Positions 12,901 to 25,114 of a stretch of DNA of 64,000 bases are shown here, piece after piece; the stretch's first letter is position 1; each line of letters opens with the position of its first letter. Origin of the DNA: Phoronis australis (taxonomy: Eukaryota; Animalia; Phoronida); NCBI GenBank assembly GCA_002633005.1, contig NMRA01000479.1, forward strand, positions 126,317-190,316, given 5' to 3'. A model generated the notes under the pieces. That model had not been told where the DNA came from and did no database searches. It worked only from the letters and a program-made list of their open reading frames with translations. Both the position numbers and the translations under genes were made by a program.

Positions 12901-15900
12901 ATTATCAATGAGAAGTAAGTAATTATAAGTAGTCGTATGTATATATTTAGACTAGGTTTTTGTTAGCTGAGATGTTGGCCTGGTTTTATGAAAACTTGTG
13001 TCTTGTTTCCAGGGCAACCTGTACATGTTTGGTGGAGAGTTTGGTTTTGGTGGAAAAGATGAAACTCCTCTTTGGATATTTAATGTTGGTGAGTTTTATA
13101 TCTGACTTGTATCAGTCTGAGATCTGCATCAGTCTGATGTGATGATCTTTTGTTAGGATAAGCACCTTGTATCTATAGTAAGGTCTCATTTGTTGACTGG
13201 TAGTAATATAATGTGTCACCAACTTATGGATGTCTCAAGCCTTATTCACGAAAATTGTTCATTTTTACAGTATTTCACATACTTCTAGCAAAACACCTTG
13301 GGGAACTTCAAATACTAAGTATATACCGTGTAGCGAGCTGGTCATATTTTGATGAAATTTTGCACAAGTGTATAGTGCTTGTCAATTTTAAATCTGCTCC
13401 TGCAGTCTTGCATGAGAGTTTTCAGTATTTTTGGAAGAAAGTTTCTGGATGATATCTAGAGACCAGATTGATGAATTTCAATGAAACTTTAACAGAAGTT
13501 TGTGATGTTAGCCATGCTACAGCACATTTAGATTTATCTTGACAAAGAGTTGTTTTGGTGTTTTGTGGAAATTGTTTGAGGATGATGTCAAAAAGCTATT
13601 GATTGATTTTGATGACACGGAGGTATGTGGCAGCACTTCAATGGTATCAGTCGATTTTCAGGCTGATTTGAGTACTGCAGCACCCTCTAGGGACTGGTTC
13701 ATTTTGAAGATGATGGCTGCTGCTAGTTTGGAGCATATTTCAACAAGTGCTGTACTATTATGTCATTTTCTGTCTCATCCTTGTATGTGCCAAACATCAT
13801 GATTGTGATTTACGAAAAGAACTAAAAAAACTAAATATGGTATTTTTGTCCCTTTATGGCATGTTTTATTTTGTTACTAGTGTTGAAGACTGGTAATTTT
13901 TAAACCTGTTTATTTGTTGTTAGTTTAAATAGGTGAGGTACCGAAACTTTTTGTCAATTCTGTCTTTTGCAGCTACCCCTGTGGTCCAACTATTGTCTCC
14001 TCTAGAAAGATATGGTTGGAATGCACTGTTGACGTATATCAACATTTCTCTTGTATCAACTGCTAGAATTCCACTTGATGAAGACATTTCCAAAAATTTG
14101 ACGGGAAAATCGCAAATTATCTGTAGTCATTTTATGAAGCTCTGCAAAAACAGAGCGACATTTTCTCGTGTGTCGCAAGGTGCTCGGTGTGTAGAATGAA
14201 AATTTGATATGTACCATGGGAAGATTATCCAGGGTAATTTGTTCTTGGATAATTGAACATGACTTTAACTCATGATGTGGACATGAATTTACCTCATGGT
14301 GTGCACTGGACTTTAACTCATGGTGTGCTCATGGTTTTAGTCAGAGTAGGCAGGAATGGGCAAAAATTACAGAATCTGTCCAACTTTTGTTAGAATCCAA
14401 GTGGATGTATTGCAATGAAATGAACATTTAGCTGTGTTGAACATTATATAATTTCCCCTTGTTTGTAGACTCCAATTCATGGAGGAAGTTCAGTATTGAC
14501 TCTGAAGTACAGATGCCTGCTGGAAGACGTGGACATACGGCGGTGATATCCCAGAATGCTATGCATATCTATGGAGGCTACATGGACTTAAAAGGCTCAA
14601 CTAGTGAGCTTTGGACATTTGACTTTGGTAGGTCGCTAATGATAGAAGCCTTGTTTATTCAGTAAAGAAAATTGGTTGTCAACGTCGTCTTTGTTATTTG
14701 TGATGTAGTGATTATAAATTAGCATTCAGCTCTGATGGTCTGTGTCCTGAGTCCAGGATCTAACCTCTGAACTCAAGACTCAGATTCGGGCTCAAAGTTC
14801 AGCCAGCCACACTCGGTGATTTGAGTACAATTTTGTGTGACGTTAGCTCACTTGTTGCATGATATGCAACATAGGCCTACTTTCGAGAAAATAAGCCCAT
14901 GAGTAGTTGTTCAGATTTCCCATGTTCATCACGTAAATTGTCTGTTAGAATGTCATTTTACTAGTTTTATCTATTTTAAAGACGACAATGTTGATTTGGC
15001 ATCTTGCATCATTGCCATCGAATGAAATAAAGTTAACAACTAAACAAATTTTCAAATTACTTTAATCATAAGCTGTGTCTGTTTTGTAATCTGGAAGTCT
15101 CATTCTTGCAGATTCTGAATCGTTCCATCTTGTCTACAGCAGTGTCTTGACTGAAGATGGCGCTGGTCCACGTCATCACCACTCAGCAGTGGTTCATGGG
15201 AGTGCCATGTGGGTTTATGGGGGAAACATTGACCTCCAGCCGAGAAATGATTTGTGGAGATGGAGTTTCAGTGAGTGAGCTTGTAAAATGCAGTAGCCAT
15301 ACTGTCACCATATAACTGTTAAATGTGCACTGTGTGCTTCAGAATGAAGGATAACACACAGAATTATGGCGTATACATCTAAAGTAGTGGCTCTTCTGCA
15401 TCGGGCAGGATACAGCAAAAACTATGTTTTTTGACACGTATGACTCGTTTCCTGCAGTACAATCTGTTGTTGGATTGGTAAACATACATGTAAGACAATG
15501 ACATGCAGGCTACAAAGTGAAAGTTGTCTTCTAAAGTTTATGACATAATTATCTCTGTTTGTGATTGGGACATGATAAGAAACACTTGACCTATCAAAAA
15601 ATCTTTTAAATGTATTCAGCTTTTTTGTCTGCAATAGACCAGCAACAAAGAAAAGTCTGGTGGCGTAACTGAGTAAGACTTATTAACTGTATATGACTGA
15701 TAAATTGTAGGACGGATAACCTGTGTAGGACTGATAAACTGTGTAAGACTGATAAACTGTGTAGGACGGATAAACTGTAGGACTGGTAAACTGTAGGACT
15801 GATAACCTGTGTAGGACTGATAACCTGTGTAGGACTGATAACCTGTGTAGGACTGATAACCTGTGTAGGACTGATAAACTGTGGGACTGATAAACTGTAG

Positions 15901-18900
15901 GACTGATAAACTGTAGGACTGATAACCTGTGTAGGACTGATAAACTGTGGGACTGATAAACTGTAGGACTGATAAACTGTAGGACTGATAAACTGTGTAG
16001 GACTGATAAACTGTGTAGGACTGATAAGCTGTAGGGCTGATAAACTGTGGGACTGAGTGTGTAGGGCTGATAAACTGTGGGACTGACTGTGTAGGGCTGA
16101 TAAACTGTGGGACTGAGTATGTAGGGCTGATAAACTGTGGGATTGAGTGTGTAGGGCTGATAAACTGATCTGGTAAGTGTTGATGCTGGATAAGTATTTT
16201 AAATTCTAATCTCAGCTGTTGGTGTACTAAGTTATTACGTTACCACACTCTTGATAGAATAAAGGAAATAAGAAGGTCTTTGGACTCTCAAAATTAATTG
16301 ACTTGACCAACGCTCTCTATTTGCCCTTTGATAAAATGTATCATGGTTGTGCATTTTTATTTAGATTTGCGAAAATGGACAAAAATAAAACGCTTCGGCC
16401 CGCCTGAGTTGTTTGGTCATTCGGCGATCAAGGTTATGGATGCCATGTTGATCTTTGGTGGAGAATCGAGTGGAGGTCAGTCAGATCAGATATGGAGATT
16501 TCACTTTGGTAAGTATTAGAATTCTTGCAACTTTCCTTGTGTTCAGCTTTCAAAAAAACAATATCAAGACTTGGCCAATGGTCATCAAGAACCGGTCTCA
16601 AATTCCAGGGCATGCAAGAGTGAAAAAGTTACAAAAATCATAGATTTCAAAATTTCATGGCTTCAATTTCATTGATAGTGTACAGTGGACTAACAACATC
16701 AAAAAGTTGAGAATGTAGTCGGGTTTGTTGTGAACGCAAGGTACATAATCAGGTTTGTTGTGAACACGGGGTAATCCTGTTTGTTATGAACGCAGAGTAA
16801 TAAGTGTTGTTGTGAACGCAGGATAATCAGGTTTGTTGTGAACGCAGGGTAATCAGATTTGTTGTGATCGCAGTTAATCGGGCTTATTGTGAACGCAAGG
16901 TTATCAGGTTTGTTATGAACGCAGGGTAATCGGGCTTATTGTGAATAACAGGATAATCAGATTTGTTGTGCACACGGGGTAATCAGGCTTGTTTTGAATG
17001 CAGAAGCCAGAGAATTATTAAATTAATAGCCAATATACATGCACAAACAGATTTGTTAATTCATCAGACTTTTTGTTCAGTGCAAACCAAAAAAATGTAG
17101 TGTGGGCCAGAGACAAGTGTATGCAAATAAGTATTACCCAATTATATTGGTCAATTAAGCATTATTTAATAAGTATTACCCAATTATATTGGTCAATTAA
17201 GCATTATTTAATAAGTATTACCCAATTATATTGGTCAATTAAGCATTATTGAATAAGTATTACCCAATTATATTGGTCAATTAAGCATTATTTAATAAGT
17301 ATTACCCAATTATATTGGTCAATTAAGCATTATTAAGTATTACCCAATTATATTGTTCAATTAAGCATTATTTAATAAGTATTACCCAATTATATTGGTC
17401 AATTAAGCATTATTTAATAAGTATTACCCAAGTATATTGGTTAATTAAGCATTATTTAATAAGTGTTACCCAATTATATTGGTCAATTAAGCATTATTTA
17501 ATTTTATGCATTAAATCGCATGTCATTTGTCAGTTCCAATTCAATGTTGAAACAAGCCAAAAATTTTAAAAATATTTCTTTGTTATCGGGACTGTATATA
17601 ATGGGTGGAAGACCGTCTCTGCCATTGTTGTTTTCACCAGACAGACTGATATTGAGGAGTTGTGAGGAAAGTTTGTGGAAAGCCGTATTTTTCATACATG
17701 AAAGGGAGCGTGTATGGAGCCTGTAGCAACAGCAACTCATGCTATAAACATTCCCACTAAATAAGATTGGTCCTAACCCCGCTTGTCAAGGTAAACGGTG
17801 GGGTTTGGAAAATTGAACTTGACCGTATTTATCCACCTTGGCTGAGTCGCGCTCGGCTCACGATCAAAGGGATGCCGCCAAGCTGCTCTATTCATCGAGT
17901 CAGGAGCGAGGATAATTGGCTTCGCTCATGTGGATATGATCAGCTGATTACAATCTACCTAGCAGACTGTACTTTTTATTTAGAGAGTTTTAAGTAGTTT
18001 TTACTGTAATATTTGAAAAGAGGAGCGAAAACAAATATGAGTACNTAAGTGAAAAACAATCTATTTTCTTGCATAATCCTCCGCCTTTTGTAACAAAAAA
18101 ATCTGTCGTCGATGACCCACACACGCACGCTCACTCACTCTCATACGCAGACGAACTTCAAAACAAACGTGACGTGACAACAACATGTGTGTTCATCCAG
18201 AGATTTTTCTCGTGTTGTGGGGTACGATTTGGACAGATTTGGACTTAATCGGAATTAATCTGGACTCCACATGAACTTTAAAAATTGTAAAACATAAGGA
18301 AGATTTCAGGTAATTTGTTGAGTCGAAACTATATTTTTATTCAAGAGTTCAAGTTTTCCTATTGACAATCGCGATTCAGCGACGCATCAGCCCGGCAAGT
18401 TTTCGCCCTGTGATGAGCACAATTTTTTGAAAAATTATCGTAATTTAACAACAGAAGTTGATAGCAATGCTCCACAATTTTGTAGAAAGACTGTCATAGA
18501 CTATAAATACGTCACAGAGCGTAAATTTGACGAATCCTAGCTTCCGATTTTACCCGTTTGGGAAACCGGGTTTCAACTGCCGTAGGCTACAATAAGCGTC
18601 CCTTCCCTGTGAAATGAATTTTTCTAAGCGTTTATTGGAGCCAATACAGTATACAGCTTTCCACCAAGGCTAGGTGATGTTATGATATTATTCTTTGTTG
18701 CATTAGTAACTGGTCTTGGCTAATTATCATTTTATGGCCTGGTCTTCCATTCAGCCTCAGGTAGTTCCAGAGGTGGCTTATCAGCTAATTATTCACACAT
18801 GCTGACTCACAATAGAAGCCTGATAAGAGTGAAGGTGGATAAATGCGGTGTTCCTACAGTTTCTTGTGGTAGTGGATGTGTTTACGACATGACTTGTCTG

Positions 18901-21900
18901 AGAACGTCTCTGTTCCTAAATACATGAAAGTTGCACAGAAAATGGCATCGTTCGCTAAGTGGGAAATCGTATTCATGGTCTGATTCATCAAGCACTTGAG
19001 TGCGTCCATATCCTCTCTCTTTTTTATATGCATAATGTCCAGTTCTCACTCATCGTCCTCATCTTGTGATCTCCTGTGTTCCGCCATTGCAATTGATTGT
19101 CAAGTGACCAAACGTCTTTCACACATGACATCATTTGGCAGGAAAGTTGGAAAGTACTAATTTGTCAAAATTTAAAAAAAATGTGATTATTTGACGTAAA
19201 AAGTGCCTGTTTAGTTAGATTTTATGGAATTCATCATATATTAGGTAACTGAAACCTCAAAAACTAAGAAAATGCATGGTGGGAACTCTTTTAGTAGTCT
19301 AAGCATATTTTTTCATTTCAGTTTTGAGCAGTAAGGGGGAAAGAAGACAGTGTAGCTACTTTAAATCAGACTGTGTGGAAAGAGTAGGTCTACCAGAATC
19401 TTAATGTGTTGGAAGTCAAGGATTCTTTATTTTCAATTGTCAAAATTTGCATTGTTTGCTGTAACAACAGGGCTAATTTCATAATGAATTGTTGCTTAAC
19501 AATTAGGATATTAACTTTTTTAACAGCTTCAGAATCCTGGCAGAAGATAGAGGTATCTGGCGACATTATGGCCCCTCGGTCATTTCACACATGCGTTCTA
19601 GTTACACCCATCAACATGTCTCATCCACCTAACAACAGATCTCGCTCCGTGCCTCACCTTAAAGACGAGGAGGCTACCAACTCAACCCGAGCTCAGCGTC
19701 CATTCTCCAGTCCACCTAAACTTTCACCTGATCACTGTGGACCACCCTTTAAGAACAGGGTATCACCGTTACCCAGTCCGTGTGATAGTAATCAAACATT
19801 CATCTCGTCTCCACTAAATTCAGCAAAGGAAACAAATTCCATAAAAATGACACTGAAAGACAGACAGTCACATTCTGTCATATCAGATTCTAATGACCAT
19901 GCACCACTGTTGCATGTAAAAGAAGCGCCGACCTGTGATCCTTTTGGGATCGACAATCCAGTGTATCAGAAATCTACAGAGAGTTTGAACCACTCACATT
20001 TTAATTCTCAGAGCAGCATTAGTAGCGAGCACGTACTAGAGGGAGTGAATACCTGGAAACACCATGAAGTGGACAGATTTGTTGAAAAGTATCAACCATC
20101 CCAGAGTTGTGCAGGAGCTGGCTGTGAACAGGCGAGAGCTGCAAAAAGTAAAGGAGAGACTCCAGATATTTTTGTTACGTGTAAAGAATCTCGCAAGAAT
20201 GAACTATCTCAGGATGTAGTAGTGTCTCTACGGAGTAACAGTGTCAGTAACTTTGTTAGTATAATCAAACATAGTGCCAGTGTGGGCAGTGTTTATCATG
20301 TGAATCATCATAGTGAGAATAGGCAACATTTAGTGAAGTGTGCGTCTTTACAGTCATTCCAGCTGAGTTCCAACTTACAATTGCGAGCTGATATACTGCA
20401 GGGATTAGGGGAAGTGAGTCCGGATGGGAATGACCTCTATCTAGAAGATGTTGAAAACTTTGACGATGAATTATGCACGTTAGACACAACGACAGAATGT
20501 GAGGGAACAGCAGGATCCAAGGGTTGTCCACGGTCCAACTGTTCATCATCATGTTCCTGGAGGACAGTATTGGCAGGCGGTGATGATGGTTGGTCGAGAA
20601 AGTCGTCAGCTAAGGTTAGAGGAGTGAACAGACGCTTATTTGTATACAGATGTTTGTTGTTGGACTGTATTAATGTTTCAATAGTGATAAACATTAAGGT
20701 TTTATTCAAAGGAAAGTAAAAGGAACAGGTAACAGTTTCTTATAATTCTTGCAAAGGGGTCCACAACTGGATTGGCTTACTGAAACAATAACAAGCACTA
20801 TACTGAAAGCGATAAACGGGATCATTTAATGGTAACTCCATCTAGTGTTCATACAGTTAATCAGCCTATTTCTCTTTTGGGTGACGATGGTATTGCTTTC
20901 AAAAAGAATCTTCCTTTGGCAACTTTCCAAGTTCAGTCCTAACAATGTTGGACACAAGGACAGAATGTCAAGTTGATACTAGTTATATCTGCAAGTGATC
21001 TAAGTGATAAGTGAGTGTCTTTAACAATGTGGAGCTAATCTTCTGCAATTGTTTTGGGTCAGAGAAGCACACACGGTGGTCATTTCAAATTTATAATTAT
21101 GTGCTTTTTTCGTGAACAGCACGCAGTGAAGTTTGTCAACATAGCAAACTTGAAAAGGAATTATCATAATTTGTATGTCATGTTTCTGTGAGTCGTATGG
21201 AGGTTACCCTTAGGATTTGCCCCGACCACTGAATTGTCTTTGAGTCAAACTATTTAAACAGTGTTAAGGGTGCCTTAATGCTCTTTTACAACCTCTTGTA
21301 GTCAAGACATAATGGCCTTGTACGCAGCAGTGTTGACTCTGGCTATATGAGTCATACCAGGGATGAGGCTGCCACCTGGGGAGCAGATCAGGAGACCAAC
21401 AGTGTCCCTGTGACTCCAGGCATACGTAACCCATCTGTGGATGAGATACACAGTAGATATGCTAGCACTTACGAACTGAGTGAGGAACATACAAGTACTA
21501 CTAATAGTAAGTCAATCTTTTTACCAATTTTCATACAAGTAATACCAATGGTAAGTTTGAAATACCAAATTAGCCACCATAATCCACTGAGCAGGGAACT
21601 AAATGGGTTTGCAGCAAAGTTGATGTTTTGTGTATAACACCAGCATTATTTTGATCTGACTCATGGAATAAATTAACGTACTTCTTAGATTTACTCTTGC
21701 ACTATGGATTAAGATTTTTATTGTCATACATCAAAATTTACGTAGGGGTATGAGGAATTAAATTTTCAATTTACATCATGGTAAAATTACTAACATGGAC
21801 CAAAGACCAAAGAAAGTTTAGCCAAGACAGTCATGCCCTTGTTACTGATGCGTTAAAATGTTTCAAAAACTTCATCAATATTCCTTGTGTAGAGTCGTCT

Positions 21901-22842
21901 TTACTAATAAGCAGAGTGTTCAAACTTTGATAAAACTGAGTCCAAGAATGTTTGTTGGCAGTTGCTGTGAAGAAAACCTGGGAGAGTGCTGGTGAGAGGC
22001 CAAAGATTCACGGTCGGTCTAACACTGCTCCCCAGTCTCTGACTATTACCACTACCAACAGAGTACGTCGTAAACCTCAGGTGAAGCAAGCAGAATGTAT
22101 TTCTGATCTTGGTCTTGCATAAATGCACATCAGTTACGTCTCTGTTACTTTGCCAGTGATAATTCTGTCCAAGTTTTACACCAGGTTTTAATATGGAATC
22201 ATGAGCCCAGTTACACAATCTGGACTGATTCATACTTCTGTTTAGTCGATATTTGGGACTAAATCGAGGGCAATCCTTGTAAATAACACCATTAATGTTC
22301 ATAAACTACAGGCTTGTTTTCATATAAAATGTCATTGGTTAAAATTTTTCTCAATCTTGACCTTCAAATGTCATTGCAGCACTTCTACAGTTTTCACCAT
22401 TTAGTATGCTACTAAACCACATGCTTCCACAATATTCGGCACAAAGGATATATCACCAGCTGAAAACTGATTTTATTGTTTAGTGTAGTTGTTTGCTGCC
22501 AATCGTCATTTCCTTTTTTAGTCTTCATTTATTAGTAGCTATCAATATTTATTGGAGACATAAAGACTTTGTTTGTTCTCACGCTTTGTTAAACTTAAAT
22601 TAAATTCTGTAATTAGTTATGGTTCTGTAATTATAGGTGCTGTCTATATTGCTTTGTAATTTCAGATAATCCTACCCGAGGGCGCTGTCTGCATGCTGAT
22701 GTTGGGTGGTAAGGAAAGTCAACAGAAGCAGTTAGGACTGTCTCATTTGTCTATCTGGAAATGTGATATACTGCATGGCCAGGCCACACCAAAACAAGTG
22801 CAACGTCTGCTACAAGAGTCGGCCAGTTACTATGGAAAGTGA
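9776..22842 (+). CDS. Kelch-repeat beta-propeller protein, 10 coding exons, ~801 aa (whole gene span)
   Basis: Exons joined at GT-AG sites with consistent phases (2406 nt, ATG 9776 to TGA 22840-42). Six kelch motifs (P.R..H.....hhhGG.....W). Confidence 0.88.
11525..11670. repeat. ~36-bp degenerate tandem repeat
   Basis: CAGTTCACACTTGATGACCCCTAGATCTGAGCTATA-like units; another copy at ~10587-10622. Confidence 0.7.
11929..12008 (+). CDS. Kelch gene coding exon 2
   Basis: tttctag|CC; ASDSWEQIEVIGERPSLLEGHTIVPYK; AAG|GTAAAG. Confidence 0.88.
13013..13088 (+). CDS. Kelch gene coding exon 3
   Basis: tttccag|; GNLYMFGGEFGFGGKDETPLWIFNV; G|GTGAG. Confidence 0.88.
14469..14627 (+). CDS. Kelch gene coding exon 4
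   Basis: ttgtag|; DSNSWRKF...PAGRRGHTAVISQNAMHIYGGY...ELWTFDF; G|GTAGG. Confidence 0.9.
15112..15270 (+). CDS. Kelch gene coding exon 5
   Basis: cttgcag|; DSESFHLV...GPRHHHSAVVHGSAMWVYGGNIDLQPRNDLWRWSF; A|GTGAGT. Confidence 0.9.
15690..16167. repeat. 18/20-bp minisatellite
   Basis: (GT)GTAGGACTGATAAACT repeated. Confidence 0.9.
16365..16508 (+). CDS. Kelch gene coding exon 6
   Basis: atttag|; LRKWTKIKRFGPPELFGHSAIKVMDAMLIFGGESSGGQSDQIWRFHF; G|GTAAG. Confidence 0.9.
16720..17003. repeat. ~26-bp minisatellite
   Basis: GGGTAATCAGGTTTGTTGTGAACGCA repeated. Confidence 0.85.
17126..17502. repeat. 42-bp AT-rich minisatellite x~9
   Basis: AATAAGTATTACCCAATTATATTGGTCAATTAAGCATTATTT repeated. Confidence 0.92.
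19527..20614 (+). CDS. Kelch gene coding exon 7 (first half of blade 6 plus long Ser/Pro-rich insert)
   Basis: ttttaacag|; ASESWQKIEVSGDIMAPRSFHTCVLV...; lies within the 437-aa ORF; donor AAG|GTTAGA gives phase 0 matching the next exon. Confidence 0.8.
21302..21506 (+). CDS. Kelch gene coding exon 8
   Basis: cttgtag|; SRHNGLVRSSVDSGYMSHTRDE...TSTTN; A|GTAAGT. Confidence 0.75.
21962..22080 (+). CDS. Kelch gene coding exon 9
   Basis: tttgttggcag|; IAVKKTWESAGERPKIHGRSNTAPQSLTITTTNRVRRKPQ; CAG|GTGAAG; phases 1/0 bridge exons 8 and 10. Confidence 0.7.
22666..22842 (+). CDS. Kelch gene last coding exon (second half of blade 6)
   Basis: tttcag|; IILPEGAVCMLMLGGKESQQKQLGLSHLSIWKCDIL...YYGK*. Confidence 0.78.
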   Translation: MILPEGAVCMLMLGGKESQQKQLGLSHLSIWKCDILHGQATPKQVQRLLQESASYYGK

Positions 22843-24419
22843 GGTCAAGGGTCAACTGTCTCAAGTTTCCCCACAATTATCGTTACAACACTCAGTATCT
22901 TATTCAGGGCTGTACAAGTTGAATGTGATACTTTTTTAAAGATTGCTATACATCAGTTTCATTGGATATTTAAATGTCTTGTTGTGTCATCTCAGTTTTT
23001 GTTTTAACTATTTTTGTATCATCAAAGATGTTAAATGTTTAGTAATTTATTTTTAAACTGTGTACTTAATTCCCAATTTCTTATAGTTGCTGATAAACAG
23101 ACATATTGCTGTCTATTTACATGGTGGGTCTAAAATAGTTTTACTGCAGACTTACTGGTCAACTCATATTTTATAACGAGGACTTGTTCAAGATGTGCTC
23201 ATTAGCTTACTAGGTTAAAGTTGCTGTGAAACTGCCTTTTATAAGAAAATAACTTATAATTTATATCCCTTACTGTTAAGTCTCAAATTGTCAGATTAGA
23301 AGCGATTTCTGAGCTTGGATAGATATGCTAGTTCATTACTGCTAGAGATCAGAGGTCAGGCATTAGAAACTTGGCTCGTGTCAAGGCACCTTGTAGTTCA
23401 TTACTGCTAGAGGTCAGGCATTAGAAATTTGGCTCGTGTGAAGGCTCCTTGTAGTTCCATCAATATATTTCTACAAGAGCCACTGTACAGTAGTCAAGAA
23501 GGCTGCTTATCAGGAACTCTGATCTAAGGTCCTTTGGTATGGAGCAGAGCAATTGCCACATTAGCAATGACTTCAAGGCAGTATAACACTGGCTGAAATA
23601 AATTCACATTAATTTGCCATTTTCAATCTGTCTGGCTTCTGAATCGAAGTGAATTTCATGTGAAAAGTTAGGTTAGGATAATTTGCATCCGAAGAAATAA
23701 AATTATAAAAGTAAGCCAAAAATGCTTGGTGCTCTGGTACCCATCAGAGAAATTCTTCGAAACATTGTTTCTGTAGATAATTAGCCTGCGAGTTGCAATG
23801 CCAGACTATGGGGAACACTGTTAGTGTAAAAATTTATTAAAGTAATGGACCAGATTAAAATCTGGATTTTGGCTCAATTTGGAAACTAATATCACCTGGA
23901 GTTGCATTTTTTGTAATGTTTATAAGTTGTCTTTTATGCACCAAGCAAAACCTTCAATGGTCAAAAAGTGGGTTTATAGCATGTTCAAGTCCAAACCTGT
24001 TTTACCTTTTCTGGCTACATGTAATCTTTGAATATTAATTAATATTAATCAAGCACAAAGCAGAACACTTTTCAAATGACATACTGTACCATTTCTTAAT
24101 GTGAAACCATCTTTTGTGTCAAACATTTAATAAATGTTTGTAGTTAACCCAAGATTTCAATTTTGTGTCGGATTGCAGCCATCGCTTTTAGTTTCAACGT
24201 CGGGTACTGATGGCGCAATTGTACAAAATGTTCACACCAAAAAGTAGCATCATTAACTGAAATTTTCTATTGGCAATTATTATTTAACACCAAGTTGTGT
24301 CAATGTCAACTTTATTTATAACTGTTATCTGCTCACTCTAATACATCTTGAACTGAAATCAATTACAATAAATCATGTGGATTCCCTCATTGAACATACT
24401 GCCTTGACATCTCAAAAAC

Positions 24420-24649
24420 TAAAGCCGAAGCCTAACCTGTTGTGACAAACACTAAACCCTAACCCTAACCTGTTGTGACAAACACTAAACCCTAACCCTA
24501 ACCTGTTGTGACAAACACTAAACCCTAACCCTAACCTGTTGTGACAAACACTAAAGCCGAAGCCTAACCTGTTGTGACAAACACTAAAGCCGAAGCCTAA
24601 CCTGTTGTGACAAACACTAAAGCCGAAGCCTAACCTGTTGTGACAAACA
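24420..24649. repeat. 33-bp minisatellite x~7 containing CCCTAA hexamers
   Basis: AAACACTAAACCCTAACCCTAACCTGTTGTGAC and variant ...AAAGCCGAAGCCTAACC... Confidence 0.9.
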
Positions 24650-24891
24650 AATTCAGCATTAATGGTCTGTCAGTTCTTCTCAAACCAAGTGTTTGTCACT
24701 TTAAGTTTAACAATCCTTATAAAAATGTAGGACCTGAGTTGCTGGACCAGAGTTCAGCGAATCCGATTAAACCAAATAAAATGAATCCTGACCTGTGATA
24801 CAGTACAAAGCTGCATGTCTTCCTTGAGACAACTGCGGACCAGATTTTTCAGGAGACCACAATTAATTTTCGTTTCTCAAATACAGTTAGA

Positions 24892-25114
24892 TAATGTAAG
24901 GACATGTATCTACCAGTTTAATGTAAGGACATGTATCTACCAGTTTAATGTAAGGACATGTATCTACCAGTTTAATGTAAGGACATGTATCTACCAGTTT
25001 AATGTAAGGACATGTATCTACCAGTTTAATGTAAGGACATGTATCTACCAGTTTAATGTAAAGACATGTATCTACCAGTTTAATGTAAGGACATAATTGT
25101 ATCTACCAGTTTAA
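24892..25114. repeat. 27-bp minisatellite x~8
   Basis: TAATGTAAGGACATGTATCTACCAGTT repeated. Confidence 0.92.

Noticed and set aside
17126-17502. CRISPR-like arrays (this and other 24-48 bp repeats)
   Set aside because: Head-to-tail units without unique spacers, eukaryotic context, no cas genes.
19406-20719. 437-aa ORF as a standalone gene
   Set aside because: It is exon 7 of the kelch gene with intronic read-through at both ends.
21893-21961. Alternative acceptor at 21892 for kelch exon 9
   Set aside because: Gives an in-frame TGA in the required phase; the acceptor at 21961 keeps the frame.
9776-22842. Assigning LZTR1, KLHDC or RABEPK as the symbol
   Set aside because: No BTB domain and no diagnostic sequence I can recognise; orthology needs a phylogeny.
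24420-24649. True telomere or chromosome fusion site
   Set aside because: Only about two hexamers per unit and no head-to-head TTAGGG/CCCTAA junction.
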